A stretch of 63,491 bases of DNA, filler included, from a bacterium (GTDB lineage: Bacteria; UBA9089; CG2-30-40-21; SBAY01), in assembly GCA_040757115.1 (NCBI GenBank). It is 10 parts of 10 records of this genome, joined end to end, with 100 filler letters (N's around TTAATTAATTAA, not from the genome) between each part and the next. Parts side by side here need not be neighbours in the genome. Positions count along the whole stretch, not along the records: positions 26,118 to 32,376 come from JBFLYA010000217.1; positions 32,477 to 38,620 come from JBFLYA010000218.1; 8 more parts are not named here. One strand, 5' to 3'. Below, in pieces: positions 29,101 through 38,497 of the stretch; position 1 is the first letter of the stretch; the number at the start of each line of letters is the position of its first letter. Made by a program: the position numbers and the translations under genes. Under the pieces are notes generated by a model that did no database searches, had not been told where the DNA came from, and saw only the letters and a program-made list of their open reading frames with translations.

Positions 29101-32051
29101 TTAATCATTGGTCATTAGCTATTAGTGATATAAAGCAAGAGTTTGATACTATTAGTATTCCGTCTTTACAAACAGTGGTCAAAGAAATTAATTACCAATT
29201 ACCAGTTACTGGTTACCAATCAGACTATGCTACAATTACCTTAGTTTTATCAGGAAATGTAAGTGGGACTTATACTAAGCAGGTAGAGTTTGGAGAGTTA
29301 GTAGATTTAAGTATTAATCCTGACTCAGTATATCCAATAGGGTATCTGGAAATACCGTTTGAGGTAGTAAATAGGGGTAAATTAGATTCGGAGTTTCCTG
29401 CGACATTTACGATATTCGCCACAGAGACACAGGGGCACAGAGAAATGTCAAATTCCAAATCTCAAACTACCAGGTTAGCCAATTACCCAGTTACCAAATT
29501 ACCCGCTTGGTGTAAGGTAATGCCGAAGGTAGTGATCAGTGAGCAGAAGGCAGAGAGCAGAGTGCAGAGTGCAGAGAGCAGAGGGCAGAAGACAGAGGAC
29601 AGAGGAGAGAAGACAGAAGACACCAGACACCAGACACCAAATCACCCGGTTACCAAATCTTCACTCGGCCCTATCATTTCGCAAGTCGGCCCTAATTCCA
29701 TCATTCTTGCTTGTAAATTCTATGTTCCAGCAGGTGGCATGATTACAGGTAATCTAATATTTGAGTTAGAAGAGGAAGTGTATGAACTTGGATATGAGTA
29801 TTTTCGTGGTACTGGAAGTGCTAAGTTCAAGGTAGCAAAAGAAAACATTGCTAAGATTAAGGGGTTAACCGTAGATAGTCCCCAGTTTAGAGTAAGGGTA
29901 GAAAATCCTGGCTCAAATGAGTTTAATGGAATGCTACAATTTGAAACACCGTTTTATCAAACCCAGACTTGTGTAAATCTTGATGCAGGCAAAGGTGCAA
30001 CATATACGATTAAAATTCCAAATCTCAAATTCCAAATTCCAAACAAGTCTCAAATTCCAAACTCCAAATCCCAAATTACCCAATTACCCAGTTACTCAAT
30101 TACCCAATCTCCCTTACCTGGAACTTATACTGCTAAGGCTGTAATTTTGTATGATGGAAATGAGGTAGATAAGGAAGAGATGGTATTTAGTTTAGAACCG
30201 AATTTTGAGATTCTGGATGTTAGTCATCTTGAATTAGCAGTTGGAAATGAAGGAACGATTAGCGTTGCAGTTAAGAATATTGGGATGGCTATGGGTGAGG
30301 CAAAGGTAAAGGTAAAGTTGTTGGATTTGCTGGATGAGGAAAAGGTGATTTGGTTAGCTCCGGAGGAAGTGGGGACGCTCAACTTCAGGTTATTTGTGCC
30401 ATCAGATTTTGAGGAGGGAACTTATACAGGAGTGGTCAGTGAACAGTGGTCAGTGATGAGTAAAGAGTTTTCAGTAAGGATAGTTGGGATAAAGATAGAT
30501 GTAGAAGCAAGTTTGGATAAGGAGTGTTATGGAGAGAATGAGATGGCTACCTTTACCTTGAGGGTAACAAATCTAAGTGATGCAGGTTTAGGCACATTAA
30601 ACCTATCGGCAAAGGTAAAATTCAACGATTATGCAGAAACAAAAACAATTACATTAGGTTATTTACAACAGGCTGGAAGCCTATTTTACTTACCTATCAA
30701 TCATACAGGTCAAAAACTTAATTTTGGTATATATTCTTTGGATGATAGGGCCATCTGGCTTGATGCCATTTATGTTCGACCAAAAGGAACACTTACAATA
30801 ATTTCAGATAAGCAAATCTACAATCAAGGGGAAACTGTAACCTTAACCATAATCTCACTTGAGGCAGGCACTGTGAGTTTAACCACACCAGGAGAGCCTG
30901 CGAGTGATACAATTACATTTAACGGAGCAAGTAGTCAAACATTTGCATTCAATCTACCTGCACAAATGCTAAGTGGAACATATTATGTAAGTGTGGTAAC
31001 CGCCCAGACGCAGAGACACAGAGAAATCTCAAATGTCAAATTATCCAATTTCCCTCTACTCTCTACTTCCTACTCTCTACTTCCTATTGATGTGCGAGGG
31101 ATAGAGGTAGTAATAAAAGGAGCAAGTTTGGATAAAGCAGGGTATTCGTTTAATGAGGCATTTAAGGTCAAGATAAGTGTAGAGGTGAGTGAAGAATTTG
31201 AAGGGATGATAAAGGCATGGATAGATGAAGGAGATAATTGGACTAAGGTATATGAGAAAGATGAAACATTTGAAAGTGGAAGGCAGGTCTATGAGATAGT
31301 AAGTACTACAACTACATCCCCCAGACAAACATTAATCTATGGTATATATTTAGGAACACATACCTTAGTTACATCAGGAAGGAAGGGAATAAGTATCTAC
31401 AACATTCCTGAAGAAATGGGTAAGATTATAGAGAAGGAGTGGCTAATGGTAGAAATAATGCCATCTGCACTAAGTAAAAACGCCTTGTTTGATTTTTTTA
31501 AGGTAACACAATATCCATCACCACCAGCAGGGATACAGCCAATAGGGTGTTATGAGTTTGTTATTTATGATAAGGATGTAGAGATAAAAAAAGATTTAAA
31601 GGTAACATATTTTTATGGACAAGAAGGCATAGAGTATGATATAATAAAAGATAGTTTAAAGGCATATTATATCAGGAATGGGGAGTGGGAAGTAGTCAGT
31701 AGCCAGGAATTGGATAAAGTGAATAATAAGTTAATATTTTATTTACCACATTTATCATTGGTAGGCATAGGTGCAAAGGTAAGTAAATCTTTAGGGGAGG
31801 TAATAGTTTATCCTAACCCGGCAAGGGAGCAAGTAACTTTTGGTGATAACTTACCAGCTACAATAATGGTAAGGATATTTAATATAGTCGGTGAAGAGGT
31901 ATATGAATATGAGGGAGTAAGTAGTAGTGGTAAATGGCTCTGGAAGCTCCAGAATAAAGATAATGAGAAAGTAGCCAGTGGGATTTATATTTATGTGATT
32001 AGTAGTTCTGAAGGAGATAAGAAGGTAGGTAAGATAGGTGTGGTGAGGTAA
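26148..32051 (+). CDS. Large surface protein: Ig-like domains, 14-blade tandem beta-propeller, C-terminal FlgD-Ig/T9SS-A-like domain (probably 5' truncated)
   Basis: Frame open from the contig start; about 43-aa repeats SIAVDGKYIWFGT-xx-GVSRYDKETGSWTTF (about 26800-28540); VYPNP...VASGIYIYVI...GKIGVVR. Confidence 0.85.
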   Translation: MEVVSFIEGFNFSTTTLLSLLPSQKGNLSLSAPIPASLTAGYYYGSVCVQIGTSSKYKQFSFYIPQAKLEVKVNDKSYQLGETVNIYVKNIGGVADSWDYTIRLFDTIGNEVYTGEGSIDNLFPADDERIIGFDIPGGLITGDYIISLITTAQLIQLRENFDRYISIEGIDADMSICTAQKTYSINEQINVNVKIDNKNDAIEGAKLSLKVRSNYPGWQTFTALERIRDIKVDGNYVWFATNLIVKRYNKVDNKWDDYNKIQDANTIAVDGRYIWFGTWDGVSRYDKETSSWITFNIENSGLVSNHIRSIAVDGKYIWLGTWDGVSRYDKETGSWTTFTKQNSGLVNNEIRSIAVDGKYIWLGTWYGLSQYDKETGSWTTFTKQNSGLVDNEIMSIAVDEKYIWFGTGYGVSRYDKETSNWTTFNENSGLVSKYIRSIAVDGKYIWFGTCYGVSRYDKETGSWTTFTKQNSGLVSNDINSIAVDEKYIWFGTDYDGVSRYDKEGYNWIDFTQQNSGLVSNDIMSITVDEKYIWFGTEYKGVSRYDKETGSWTTFTQQNSGLVSNDIHSITIDGKYIWIGTEYGVSRYDKETGSWTTFNIENSELESNDIWSIAVDGKYIWVGTCKGGVSRYDKETGSWTTFTQENSGLETNCIRTIAVDGKYIWIGTWDNDVSRYDKETGSWTTFTSYNSGLVGYKIRSIAVDGKYIWFGTRYGVSRYDKETGSWTTFTEHSIMSIAVDGKYIWIGTWVGVLRYDKETDSWTTFTPANSGLVSNYINSIAVDGEYIWFGTEYGVSRYTTAGDVIYEKEYEITCLESSISQEVINIGTLSSVGKLYIEGVLTSHKNQKIAIDMNSFYIFKSNLYLTFDTDKKVYKPDELITISGTLTNKGENIEAGDLELKVKDRDVIFRTPINLGSNSSYSFIATTTANSSFVLECMINDVKVIDYILVEETKVNIEIITKQALTRGTNTLIIRLKNISKVDVVINHWSLAISDIKQEFDTISIPSLQTVVKEINYQLPVTGYQSDYATITLVLSGNVSGTYTKQVEFGELVDLSINPDSVYPIGYLEIPFEVVNRGKLDSEFPATFTIFATETQGHREMSNSKSQTTRLANYPVTKLPAWCKVMPKVVISEQKAESRVQSAESRGQKTEDRGEKTEDTRHQTPNHPVTKSSLGPIISQVGPNSIILACKFYVPAGGMITGNLIFELEEEVYELGYEYFRGTGSAKFKVAKENIAKIKGLTVDSPQFRVRVENPGSNEFNGMLQFETPFYQTQTCVNLDAGKGATYTIKIPNLKFQIPNKSQIPNSKSQITQLPSYSITQSPLPGTYTAKAVILYDGNEVDKEEMVFSLEPNFEILDVSHLELAVGNEGTISVAVKNIGMAMGEAKVKVKLLDLLDEEKVIWLAPEEVGTLNFRLFVPSDFEEGTYTGVVSEQWSVMSKEFSVRIVGIKIDVEASLDKECYGENEMATFTLRVTNLSDAGLGTLNLSAKVKFNDYAETKTITLGYLQQAGSLFYLPINHTGQKLNFGIYSLDDRAIWLDAIYVRPKGTLTIISDKQIYNQGETVTLTIISLEAGTVSLTTPGEPASDTITFNGASSQTFAFNLPAQMLSGTYYVSVVTAQTQRHREISNVKLSNFPLLSTSYSLLPIDVRGIEVVIKGASLDKAGYSFNEAFKVKISVEVSEEFEGMIKAWIDEGDNWTKVYEKDETFESGRQVYEIVSTTTTSPRQTLIYGIYLGTHTLVTSGRKGISIYNIPEEMGKIIEKEWLMVEIMPSALSKNALFDFFKVTQYPSPPAGIQPIGCYEFVIYDKDVEIKKDLKVTYFYGQEGIEYDIIKDSLKAYYIRNGEWEVVSSQELDKVNNKLIFYLPHLSLVGIGAKVSKSLGEVIVYPNPAREQVTFGDNLPATIMVRIFNIVGEEVYEYEGVSSSGKWLWKLQNKDNEKVASGIYIYVISSSEGDKKVGKIGVVR

Positions 32052-32172
32052 GAAGGTAGGAAAGAAAGTAATGCCTCGATTATCGGGGGTAAAGAAAATA
32101 AAATTGAGTGAAGTTGGAAATTAGAAATTGGGAAGAGAAGTGAAAGCCTAATTTCCAATTTCTAATTTCAGT

Positions 32173-32376
32173 GTAACTATTCAGCCACTGATTAACACGG
32201 ATTAGCACGGATAAATACAGAGGTCAGAGACGGGTTGTCCCCCGCTGGCGGGGGTTAGGGGGTTGTAAGTATGAAGATTCATTACAATCCGAAATTGAAA
32301 ACTTACGCCAGAGAACTTAGAAAGCAAGGGGTTTTATCGGAAGTATTGCTTTGGAAGTATTTGAGAAGCAGAAAGA
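32173..32376 (+). mobile_element. IS66-type left end followed by the 5' part of a DUF559 (Vsr-like) endonuclease gene (32271 to contig end)
   Basis: GTAACTATTCAGCC...; CCCCCGC-TG-GCGGGGG palindrome; MKIHYNPKLKTYARELRKQGVLSEVLLW. Confidence 0.75.
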
Positions 32377-32607
32377 NNNNNNNNNNNNNNNNNNNNNNNN
32401 NNNNNNNNNNNNNNNNNNNNTTAATTAATTAANNNNNNNNNNNNNNNNNNNNNNNNNNNNNNNNNNNNNNNNNNNNGAGATTGAAAGATGGGATTAGGAG
32501 ATTTGTTTTATAATTCTTCGTGCTCTTCCGGGGTACCCACTTGTGGGTCGTTCGTGGTTTTAAAAGATGTGAGGAAGGTTAATCTAACCGCACAGGTGGA
32601 AAAAATT

Positions 32608-32937
32608 CCACCTGTGCAGTTAGGTCGTAGGCTGTTAAATTAAGTAAGGACGAGGTTGCTTTATCCCTACTTTCTCATTACTTCTTACTATATTCAGTTA
32701 AACATTTCGCTCCTACGGAGCTGAATTCTTTAAGGATTATCATAGTCTACAAATATATCACTCCTAACGGAGTTTAAAAATATATTCAGCCCTGTAAGGG
32801 CGAGATGTTTATAGATTTATCGTCTCAACATCAAATTAGCTCTGTAGGAGCGATATGTTTATTGAGAAAGTTATAGATATTTTCGTGCAAAAGTTAGTTG
32901 TCAGATTATTGCTAATAATTTCTAACTGCACAGGTCA
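32608..32937. mobile_element. Mini-element with CCACCTGTGCAGTTAG TIRs and internal REP-like CTCC-N-GGAG hairpins
   Basis: CCACCTGTGCAGTTAG ... CTAACTGCACAGGTCA; preceded 8 bp upstream by another right end finishing at 32599. Confidence 0.7.
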
Positions 32938-32947
32938 AGAATTTTTT

Positions 32948-33496
32948 CAACCTGTGAAATAGGAATATTTTGATCGTGGTTAGTATAAGAAAGGGGATAA
33001 GGGGATAAAGGGGATATGGAGATATCAAAAGAATATCAAGAAAATTTACTTACTGAGATAATAATTCAATGTATTATTAAGGTACACCAGACACCGGGTC
33101 CAGGTTTTCTGGAAAGTATTTACCGCAGGGCAATGGTAATTGAACTTACAAAACAGGGATTGAGAGTTGAGACAGAGAAAGAAATACTAATCTACTACGA
33201 AGGAGAAGAAGTTGGGAAACACAGATTGGATATTCTTGTAGAAAGCAAGGTAATAGTAGAACTAAAAACGGTGGAGGAATTAAGCAAAGCTCATTATGCT
33301 CAGGTTCGCTCATATTTAAAAGCTACAGGTGTAAAAGTGGCTATTCTTGTAAACTTTGCTAAAGAAAAGGCAGATTTTTTAGAAGAGTGGAATTAGAATA
33401 ATATCCCCTTATCTCCTTAATCTCCCTATCTCTTTTTCTTACACCAAGTAGTGGAGTATAATTTTGTTTTCCCATGTCGACCTATTTCACAGGTCG
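32948..33496 (+). mobile_element. Non-autonomous ISKra4-type element carrying a GxxExxY gene; 8-bp TSD AATTTTTT
   Basis: CAACCTGTGAAATAGG...CCTATTTCACAGGTCG, same TIR as the IS at 52347-54006; TSD 32940-32947 and 33497-33504. Confidence 0.88.
33016..33396 (+). CDS. GxxExxY protein (PD-(D/E)xK-like); possible late frameshift in a T6 run
   Basis: GPGFLESIY, RLDILVESKVIVELK, AQVRSYLK, LVNF. Confidence 0.9.
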   Translation: MEISKEYQENLLTEIIIQCIIKVHQTPGPGFLESIYRRAMVIELTKQGLRVETEKEILIYYEGEEVGKHRLDILVESKVIVELKTVEELSKAHYAQVRSYLKATGVKVAILVNFAKEKADFLEEWN

Positions 33497-33504
33497 AATT
33501 TTTT

Positions 33505-33533
33505 TTGACAAATGGATGATTTTGTGATATGAT
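33505..33533 (+). promoter_or_regulatory. Sigma70 promoter for scpAB (TTGACA-17-TATGAT)
   Basis: TTGACA 33505-33510, TATGAT 33528-33533. Confidence 0.65.
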
Positions 33534-33596
33534 AATAAGTGTTCGGGGCTCAAGGGATAAGTATTAGATGTTAGGTATCAGGTAGGGAGGCGAGAG

Positions 33597-34292
33597 ATGT
33601 ATCAAATAAAATTACCCGTATTTGAAGGACCGTTTGATTTATTATTATATTTGATACGCAAAGACGAGATTAATATCTATGATATTCCTATTGCTAAGAT
33701 TACTAAACAATATCTGGAATATTTAAGTTTGATGGAGTCTTTAGATTTAGAGGTAGCCTCTGAATTTCTGGTTATCGCCGCCCTGCTACTATCTATAAAG
33801 TCAAGAATGCTTCTTCCTAAATCTCAAGTAATTGAAGGTGAGTCTGAAGAGGCAGAAGACCCAAGATTAGAGTTAGCTAAAAGACTTACAGAATATAAAA
33901 CATATAAAGAGCTGGCTAGTAAATTTGAACAAAGACTGGATTTTTATCAAGGAATATTCACTCATCCTTATCACTTAGAGATAGAAGAGGATACTGAGCT
34001 GATAGAATGTGACCTGTTTGAACTTATTAAGGCATTCCAGAAGATACTAAAAGAAAAAGATGGGAAAATGGAGATAACCGTAGACGATACTTCTCTCGAA
34101 CAAAAAATGGCGTATCTGCAGAATTTGTTAGATCACAATGAAAAAGTCTCTTTCTTGAATTTATTTAAGGGAACAAAGATGAAGATAGAGGTAGTCATTA
34201 CCTTTTTAGCCCTTTTAGAACTTATAAAATTAAAAAAGGTTTATATTCGTCAACATCGGTTATTTTCCGATATTTGGATATATAGGATATGA
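33597..34292 (+). CDS. scpA: Segregation and condensation protein A
   Basis: FEGPFDLLLYLI, ITKQYL, EDPR, TFLALLEL. Confidence 0.95.
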   Translation: MYQIKLPVFEGPFDLLLYLIRKDEINIYDIPIAKITKQYLEYLSLMESLDLEVASEFLVIAALLLSIKSRMLLPKSQVIEGESEEAEDPRLELAKRLTEYKTYKELASKFEQRLDFYQGIFTHPYHLEIEEDTELIECDLFELIKAFQKILKEKDGKMEITVDDTSLEQKMAYLQNLLDHNEKVSFLNLFKGTKMKIEVVITFLALLELIKLKKVYIRQHRLFSDIWIYRI

Positions 34293-34825
34293 AAGATTAT
34301 TCAAAAGCCAAAAAGATAATTGAGGTATTATTATTTGTTGCGGCAGAGCCGTTGTCTGTAGATAAGATTAGTCAAATATTAGAGATGAAAGGCTCCCAGG
34401 TGCAAAATTTAATCTTTGAGTTAAAAAAAGAATACTGGGAAGACCAAAAAGGGATTGATATTATTGAAATAGCCAACGGCTATCAGATGTGCACTCGTTA
34501 TGAATACTCACCCTGGATTAACAAACTAAAAAAACAACGAAAAGAAAACAAACTATCTACCTCTGCATTAGAATCTCTGGCCATAATCGCCTATAAACAA
34601 CCAATTTCAAAAATAGAAATAGACAATATCCGTGGGGTAAATTCAACTGGTGTCCTTCAAACATTATTAGAGAAGAAATTGATTAAAATCGTTGGTCGAA
34701 AAGAAGTCCCTGGCAAACCACTGCTTTATGGCACAACCGTAGAATTCTTAAAAATCTTTGGACTACCTAACCTATCGGCATTACCACAAATTGATGAAGT
34801 GATTGGAAAAGAGCTCAATCTGTAA
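34289..34825 (+). CDS. scpB: Segregation and condensation protein B
   Basis: LSTSALESLAIIAYKQP, IRGV, PGKPLLYGTT, LP. Confidence 0.95.
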   Translation: MKDYSKAKKIIEVLLFVAAEPLSVDKISQILEMKGSQVQNLIFELKKEYWEDQKGIDIIEIANGYQMCTRYEYSPWINKLKKQRKENKLSTSALESLAIIAYKQPISKIEIDNIRGVNSTGVLQTLLEKKLIKIVGRKEVPGKPLLYGTTVEFLKIFGLPNLSALPQIDEVIGKELNL

Positions 34826-34887
34826 TGCCGTGTATTCACATAATTGAAATCTTAATTTCTTATGCCTTTGTGGCGAAATAGGTACAA

Positions 34888-35625
34888 ATGCATACAAATA
34901 ATATTTTGTTAGAAAGGAAAGGTTCAAATACTAAATATTTACTCTCTAAAAAAGCAGGCAAGGCGATTAAAGATTATGATATGATTCAAGATGGGGATAA
35001 GATTATCGTTGCGGTCTCCGGCGGTAAAGATAGTTTGACTTTACTTGAGATACTACGAGATAGACAACGATATGCACCGATTAAATTTGAACTTCTCCCG
35101 GTTCATATCAAAATAGACTTTCAGAATATAGATGTTGCCAGATTAGAAGGCTATTTTAAAGAGAAAGGCTATAATTATCACATTGAACCAATAAACCTCT
35201 TGAAAGATAATGAAAAAGTAGAATGTTTTTATTGTGTCTGGAGTCGAAAAAAGACTCTTTTTGAGGTGGCGGATAGGTTTGGTTGTAAAAAGATAGCTGT
35301 GGCACATCATAAGGATGATATACTTGAAACATTCCTTCTAAATCTTATATTTCACGGAGAAATTGGCACGATGACTCCCAATGAGAAATTTTTTGGTGGA
35401 AGATTCTGGATTATAAGGCCATTAGTGTATGTAGAAGAAAAAGAAATGGTAAAATTTGCTAACCTGTATCATTTACCAGTCTTAAATTTTGATTGCCCAT
35501 ATCGAGGGACAAAAAGGGAATTTATGAAGAAATTACTAAAAACCCTTGAGAAAGATTGTAGTATTCACGCTAAAGCAAATATATTTAATGCCTTGAAAAG
35601 GGTAAAAAAAGACTATCTTTTATAA
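34888..35625 (+). CDS. ttcA: tRNA 2-thiocytidine biosynthesis TtcA-family PP-loop ATPase
   Basis: SGGKDS, CFYC, HHKDD, IRPL, CP. Confidence 0.85.
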   Translation: MHTNNILLERKGSNTKYLLSKKAGKAIKDYDMIQDGDKIIVAVSGGKDSLTLLEILRDRQRYAPIKFELLPVHIKIDFQNIDVARLEGYFKEKGYNYHIEPINLLKDNEKVECFYCVWSRKKTLFEVADRFGCKKIAVAHHKDDILETFLLNLIFHGEIGTMTPNEKFFGGRFWIIRPLVYVEEKEMVKFANLYHLPVLNFDCPYRGTKREFMKKLLKTLEKDCSIHAKANIFNALKRVKKDYLL

Positions 35626-35626
35626 G

Positions 35627-35778
35627 TATAGCAGTTATTATTCAAAATTTTAATGCTTACTTTTGACTAACTGTTTTAAGCCTTTTTAAACACCGAAAAA
35701 CGCGAAAAACACGAAAAAAAGATATTTTCCTCTCTGTTTCTCTGCGTCTCTGCGGTAAATTACCCCCTGAACGGTTAC
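35627..35778. repeat. TATAGC left end fused to an IS66-type right end
   Basis: TATAGCAGTTATTA at 35627; ...CTGAACGGTTAC ends 35778; reverse of 12754-12867. Confidence 0.7.
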
Positions 35779-35800
35779 GATTTTCACAATTTTCTCACTC

Positions 35801-36085
35801 TCAAATTATTCGTGGGACTTTAAAGAATTGATTCTCTTCATCCGGGGCATTGGCTAATACATTTGCTACTGGCAGGGAATTCTGGATTTCATCTTCGCGC
35901 AGGACATTAGTTAATGCCAGAGGATGCGAAGTTGGTGGTATATTTTCAGTATTTAGTTCGTTGATTTTAGTCGCATAATTTAAGATATTATTCAGTTGAT
36001 GAGTAAATTCCTCCTTTTCTTCCTCTTCTAATTTTAACCTTGCCAATAAACATACATGTTCAACTTCTTTTTTGGTAATACCCAT
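35801..36085 (-). CDS. gatC: Asp/Glu-tRNA amidotransferase subunit C
   Basis: EVEHVCLLARL, LRED, NAP, FKVPRII. Confidence 0.95.
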   Translation of the reverse strand: MGITKKEVEHVCLLARLKLEEEEKEEFTHQLNNILNYATKINELNTENIPPTSHPLALTNVLREDEIQNSLPVANVLANAPDEENQFFKVPRII

Positions 36086-36140
36086 TTTTTCTGCTCCCTT
36101 TTTTTAACTGGATAATGTCAAAAATTCACTCTCAACCTTC

Positions 36141-36761
36141 TTAATGTCCTCCGCCTTCTTTAGCCTCTTTCTTCCATTGGTATAATCGAGGATAGAGTTT
36201 ATTATGTAGATATTGAGTCCTTACTGCTTCTAATTTTTCTTTTACCTCTATATCTTTTTCTGCCTTATTTAAAAGTCCCAGTTCAATCTGGCACATCGTG
36301 ATTATTTCTTTTCTCTGTTTAATCCAGGGAGCATTCTGACTGGCGTCTTTAGTCTCTAACCAATATAGTTTATCTTTTTGTTTTTTTATGGTGCGTGCTA
36401 TTTTTTGTTTTGTTGCTTTAGGTTTGTTCAGGTCGATGAGACTAAGTGCCTCGAGCACCACATCGGGAGTAACATTAAATCGGGTGGATAATTCGACAAT
36501 AATTTTTAATGTCGTTTCATCTAATTTGTAATCTTTATACAGTTTGAGTAACTCATTTAATTGATTTCCTTCTGTTCTGGTAGTTTCTGCAATCCATGTT
36601 TTTGTCTTTTTTTCTCTTAATTCCTTTTCTTGTTTAAGCACTTTTTGTTTTTCAGCGGTTTTATTATAAACAATATTATAAGTCACAATAAAGACTATTA
36701 CCGTTATTGTGACTAATATTATTAGACCAATGATTTTACTTATTATTTTTAACAACATCAA
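36141..36761 (-). CDS. Hypothetical protein with N-terminal TM anchor and helical body
   Basis: 206-aa ORF in line with the dCMP deaminase and gatC genes. Confidence 0.7.
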   Translation of the reverse strand: MMLLKIISKIIGLIILVTITVIVFIVTYNIVYNKTAEKQKVLKQEKELREKKTKTWIAETTRTEGNQLNELLKLYKDYKLDETTLKIIVELSTRFNVTPDVVLEALSLIDLNKPKATKQKIARTIKKQKDKLYWLETKDASQNAPWIKQRKEIITMCQIELGLLNKAEKDIEVKEKLEAVRTQYLHNKLYPRLYQWKKEAKEGGGH

Positions 36762-37185
36762 TATTTGCCTCTTTTAAGAGATTCATTGCTAACTCATCCG
36801 GATACGCACCTTCATAGACTATCTTTTTAATTCCAGCATTAATTAACATTTTAACACATAAAATACAAGGTTGATGGGTGCAATAAAGTGATGCTCCATT
36901 AATACCCATTCCATGTAATGCAGATTGAATAATAGCATTTTGTTCAGCATGTAATCCCCGGCAGAGTTCATGTCGTTCTCCAGAGGGAATTTGCATTTTA
37001 TCCCGCAGACAACCTATTTCATCACAATGTTTTAGTCCTGTCGGAGCACCATTATAACCGGTAGATAAAATATACTTATCTTTAACGATAACGGCGCCCA
37101 CCTGCCTTCTCAGACAGGTCGAGCGTTTCGCAACCAAGTGAGCAATTTCCATAAAATATGTATCCCATGACGGTCTTGTTTTCAT
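36736..37185 (-). CDS. dCMP deaminase (ComEB-like)
   Basis: [31 protein letters not shown]. Confidence 0.93.
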   Translation of the reverse strand: MKTRPSWDTYFMEIAHLVAKRSTCLRRQVGAVIVKDKYILSTGYNGAPTGLKHCDEIGCLRDKMQIPSGERHELCRGLHAEQNAIIQSALHGMGINGASLYCTHQPCILCVKMLINAGIKKIVYEGAYPDELAMNLLKEANIDVVKNNK

Positions 37186-37246
37186 TATTTAATCAGAAGA
37201 CAACTTCTATCTTCTACCCTCCTCAAAAGATTTCCACCTGTGCAAT

Positions 37247-37470
37247 TATAGCAGTTATTAGTCAAAATTTTACTCAGGGTGGATAAGTAAAAAATCCCAA
37301 ATCCCAAGCACCAAATTCCACATACCAAAAAGCGAATTAGAGATTAGTGAATTAGAGATTAGATTTTACTAATTCGCTAATTCGCTTAATTCACTAATTC
37401 ACTAATTGGAATTTGTGATTTGGAATTTCATAGCCATATCTGGGTCAAATTTCGATTAATAAGTGCTATA
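37247..37470. mobile_element. TATAGC-type TIR element with nested inverted heptamer repeats
   Basis: TATAGCAGTTATTAGTCAAAA ... TTTCGATTAATAAGTGCTATA. Confidence 0.72.
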
Positions 37471-37531
37471 GAAATAAAGGGATAGAATTTTTTCTTGACA
37501 ATTATATTAAGTTAAATATAAAATTATATCT

Positions 37532-38497
37532 ATGCGTGAAAGATACACTGATTGGAAAATATTTTTTATTTTCTATCTTCCATTAGCCTTCATTACTACC
37601 TACATCCACATCCGATTTACCAGTGAATTTGGTTATGAGTGTGAGGTATTTGGCAAACCTAATGGTCATTCAGCCATCATAGAAGGACAAGCGTTTGCTC
37701 CAACTCAATATCGAATATTAATGCCATTTTGTGCAGAGTTTATCCATCAAGTGCTAAATATCTCTATTGCCAGTAGTTATCATTCACTCCGTGTGATTAC
37801 CACATTTTTAGTTCTTTCGCTTTTTCATATCTACCTTACCAGATGGTTTGATACACCAAAGGCACTTATTGGCACACTTTACCTCGCTGGCTCGATTCCT
37901 TTATCTTATCTGTATTGGCCCTATCCCCAGGATATGTTTAACTTAATGATGTTTATCATAGGATTCATCGCTATTCGTGAGCATAAAGACAATTGGCTTT
38001 ATCTTATCCTCATCTTAGGCGGCCTGAATTATGAAACGATAGTGTTTTTAATCTTATTCTATTTCTTCTATCATTCTGGGCAGATGAAGTTTAAAAAATT
38101 AATTTTACGGACAATAAGTTATCTGGCAATTTGGACTTTAGTTATGGTTCTAATTCGCTTAAAATATGGACTTTTACCCAATTTTATGGATAATCAGGTT
38201 CATTTAATTGGCTATCCAATGTATCAAACTAATCTAAAGATGTATGCAAACATCTTTAAAAATATCTCTTTAACCAATGGTTGTTTTTATATCTTTTTGC
38301 TTTTTGGTTTTTTTTGGATATTAGCCTTTCTTCATCTGAGTAAAAAGCCAAAATTTTTAGTAAAAACGGCGTGGGTAATTCCGATATATTTAGTATTTCA
38401 TTTTTTCATCGCCAGTTTTGGTGAAACACGGGTATTTCTACCGTTGTTTTTGTTACTTATTCCTCTGGGACTTTTTTCAATATTTAAAGTTTGGTAA
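37532..38497 (+). CDS. Polytopic membrane protein; stop codon supplied by an IS66-type end at 38494
   Basis: Multiple TMs, PTQYRILMP, ETRVFLP; TGG-TAA overlaps GTAACCGTTCAGG. Confidence 0.75.
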   Translation: MRERYTDWKIFFIFYLPLAFITTYIHIRFTSEFGYECEVFGKPNGHSAIIEGQAFAPTQYRILMPFCAEFIHQVLNISIASSYHSLRVITTFLVLSLFHIYLTRWFDTPKALIGTLYLAGSIPLSYLYWPYPQDMFNLMMFIIGFIAIREHKDNWLYLILILGGLNYETIVFLILFYFFYHSGQMKFKKLILRTISYLAIWTLVMVLIRLKYGLLPNFMDNQVHLIGYPMYQTNLKMYANIFKNISLTNGCFYIFLLFGFFWILAFLHLSKKPKFLVKTAWVIPIYLVFHFFIASFGETRVFLPLFLLLIPLGLFSIFKVW

